NCBI GenBank assembly: GCA_020348985.1
Contig: CP070761.1
Span: 2,283,950 to 2,300,209 of the forward strand
DNA length: 16,260 nt
Reading direction: 5' to 3'
Source: Candidatus Thorarchaeota archaeon
Lineage (GTDB): Archaea > Asgardarchaeota > Thorarchaeia > Thorarchaeales > Thorarchaeaceae
Shown here: positions 15,408 through 16,260 of the stretch, one piece after another
Layout: each line of letters starts with the position of its first letter
Numbering within the stretch: the stretch's first letter is position 1
Program-made: the position numbers and the translations under genes
Notes under the pieces: model-generated
What the model was told of the DNA's origin: nothing
What the model saw: only the letters and a program-made list of their open reading frames with translations
Databases searched by the model: none

Positions 15408-16260
15408 GTGAGTGCTAGACCGAAGATTCTCGCATCAATGGTCATTGTTGCCATTGTCTTTGGGGCAGTCGGCGGCTTTCTCTTCTTGACCAGTCCCTAT
15501 GAGCCCTCAAGAATAGCAGTTGTTGTTATGGACCCAGGGTTTGGGGATTTGAGCATGGCAGACCAGCTTCAAGTTGGAATGGAAGAGCTTCAGGGTGACA
15601 TCTCTGTTTCTTACATAACACCCCTTCCTCTTCCAACGACCGTATCTGAAGCGCAAGAGACAATGTCCAATCTTGCATCAAATACCGGCTACTACGATCT
15701 CATAGTCGCACTCGGATTGGAAATGACGCCTGCCATCCAAGCAGTTGCTGCTAGCTTTCCAAATCAGAAGTTCGCTATTATCGGAGGAAATGTACCGAAC
15801 CTTGACAATGTCGTTTCGGCAACGTTCTCCACAGAACAGGCCGCTTTTCTAGCCGGAGTTCTTGCGGCATTTCTGGCCACATCTGACGATTATTCGGGAA
15901 TCGTTGGAGTCTTGGCGGCCGTGGAAGACGATCCAACACTCGATCCGCTGATCAACGGATTCAGCCAAGGAGTAGCAGCAGCCAACACTGACTACGGTCT
16001 TAATGCAACACTTCTGGCCCCGAGATACATTGGCAGCTTCAACAACTCCGCTACTGCAACGACAGAGGTAGTCAATTTCTTTGACCCGTCTAATCAGAAT
16101 GGTTCGGTCCTCTTTGCACCTGTCAGAGCAAGTATGGTTGGCGTCAGAAACGGTCTTGAGATTGCAAACAGTAGTTGGTACTTTGACGACTACGGTGACA
16201 GACGGCCTATTGTGATTGGTGCAGAATACAATCTTGACTACTACGGCAATCCTCGAATTG
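15408..16260 (+). CDS. BMP/PnrA-family ABC substrate-binding protein with N-terminal TM anchor (3' truncated)
   Basis: Not in ORF track. GTG at 15408 after GGAGG (15396-15400), open for 284 codons to the edge: MSARPKILASMVIVAIVFGAVGGFLFL...PGFGDLSMADQ...YDLIVALG...VAASFPNQKFAII...NVVSATFSTEQAAFLAGVLAA...GFSQGV. These match BMP motifs A..yP..kF.ii, NV.s..F...e..yLAG and GF..G. Confidence 0.88.
   Translation, partial: MSARPKILASMVIVAIVFGAVGGFLFLTSPYEPSRIAVVVMDPGFGDLSMADQLQVGMEELQGDISVSYITPLPLPTTVSEAQETMSNLASNTGYYDLIVALGLEMTPAIQAVAASFPNQKFAIIGGNVPNLDNVVSATFSTEQAAFLAGVLAAFLATSDDYSGIVGVLAAVEDDPTLDPLINGFSQGVAAANTDYGLNATLLAPRYIGSFNNSATATTEVVNFFDPSNQNGSVLFAPVRASMVGVRNGLEIANSSWYFDDYGDRRPIVIGAEYNLDYYGNPRI

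Noticed and set aside
1-16260. tRNA, rRNA, CRISPR arrays, transposases, integrases, selenocysteine or pyrrolysine read-through
   Set aside because: No cloverleaf, repeat-spacer periodicity or recombinase motifs seen by eye, and recognisable genes end at family-typical C-termini.

Overview
Gene-dense archaeal chromosomal window with 17 supportable CDSs, two of them truncated by the window edges and missing from the ORF track. I saw no rRNA, tRNA, CRISPR array or mobile element. Archaeal TATA-like boxes, GGTGA/GGAGG ribosome-binding sites, a COG1340-type coiled-coil protein, a stand-alone Lrp/AsnC domain, a tandem Roadblock/LC7 protein and a possible longin-like protein point to an Asgard archaeon, probably Thorarchaeia-like (inference). 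Recognisable genes: a NROR/NirB-like FAD oxidoreductase, a gamma-carbonic anhydrase family protein, an ABC-2 exporter pair, a RimK/MptN-like ligase, a divergent glmS, a tandem wHTH regulator and a BMP-family binding protein. Best candidates for new biology: (1) an operon of an EamA/DMT transporter fused to an Lrp/AsnC (RAM) domain plus a free RAM subunit, a possible amino-acid-gated exporter or transceptor; (2) a hypothetical protein carrying the three His motifs of the Vps62/NPP1 (NLP) fold; (3) a stand-alone PEP-utiliser phosphohistidine domain with His replaced by Asp; (4) tandem Roadblock and longin-like proteins. All family calls come from reading motifs by eye; no database search was run.
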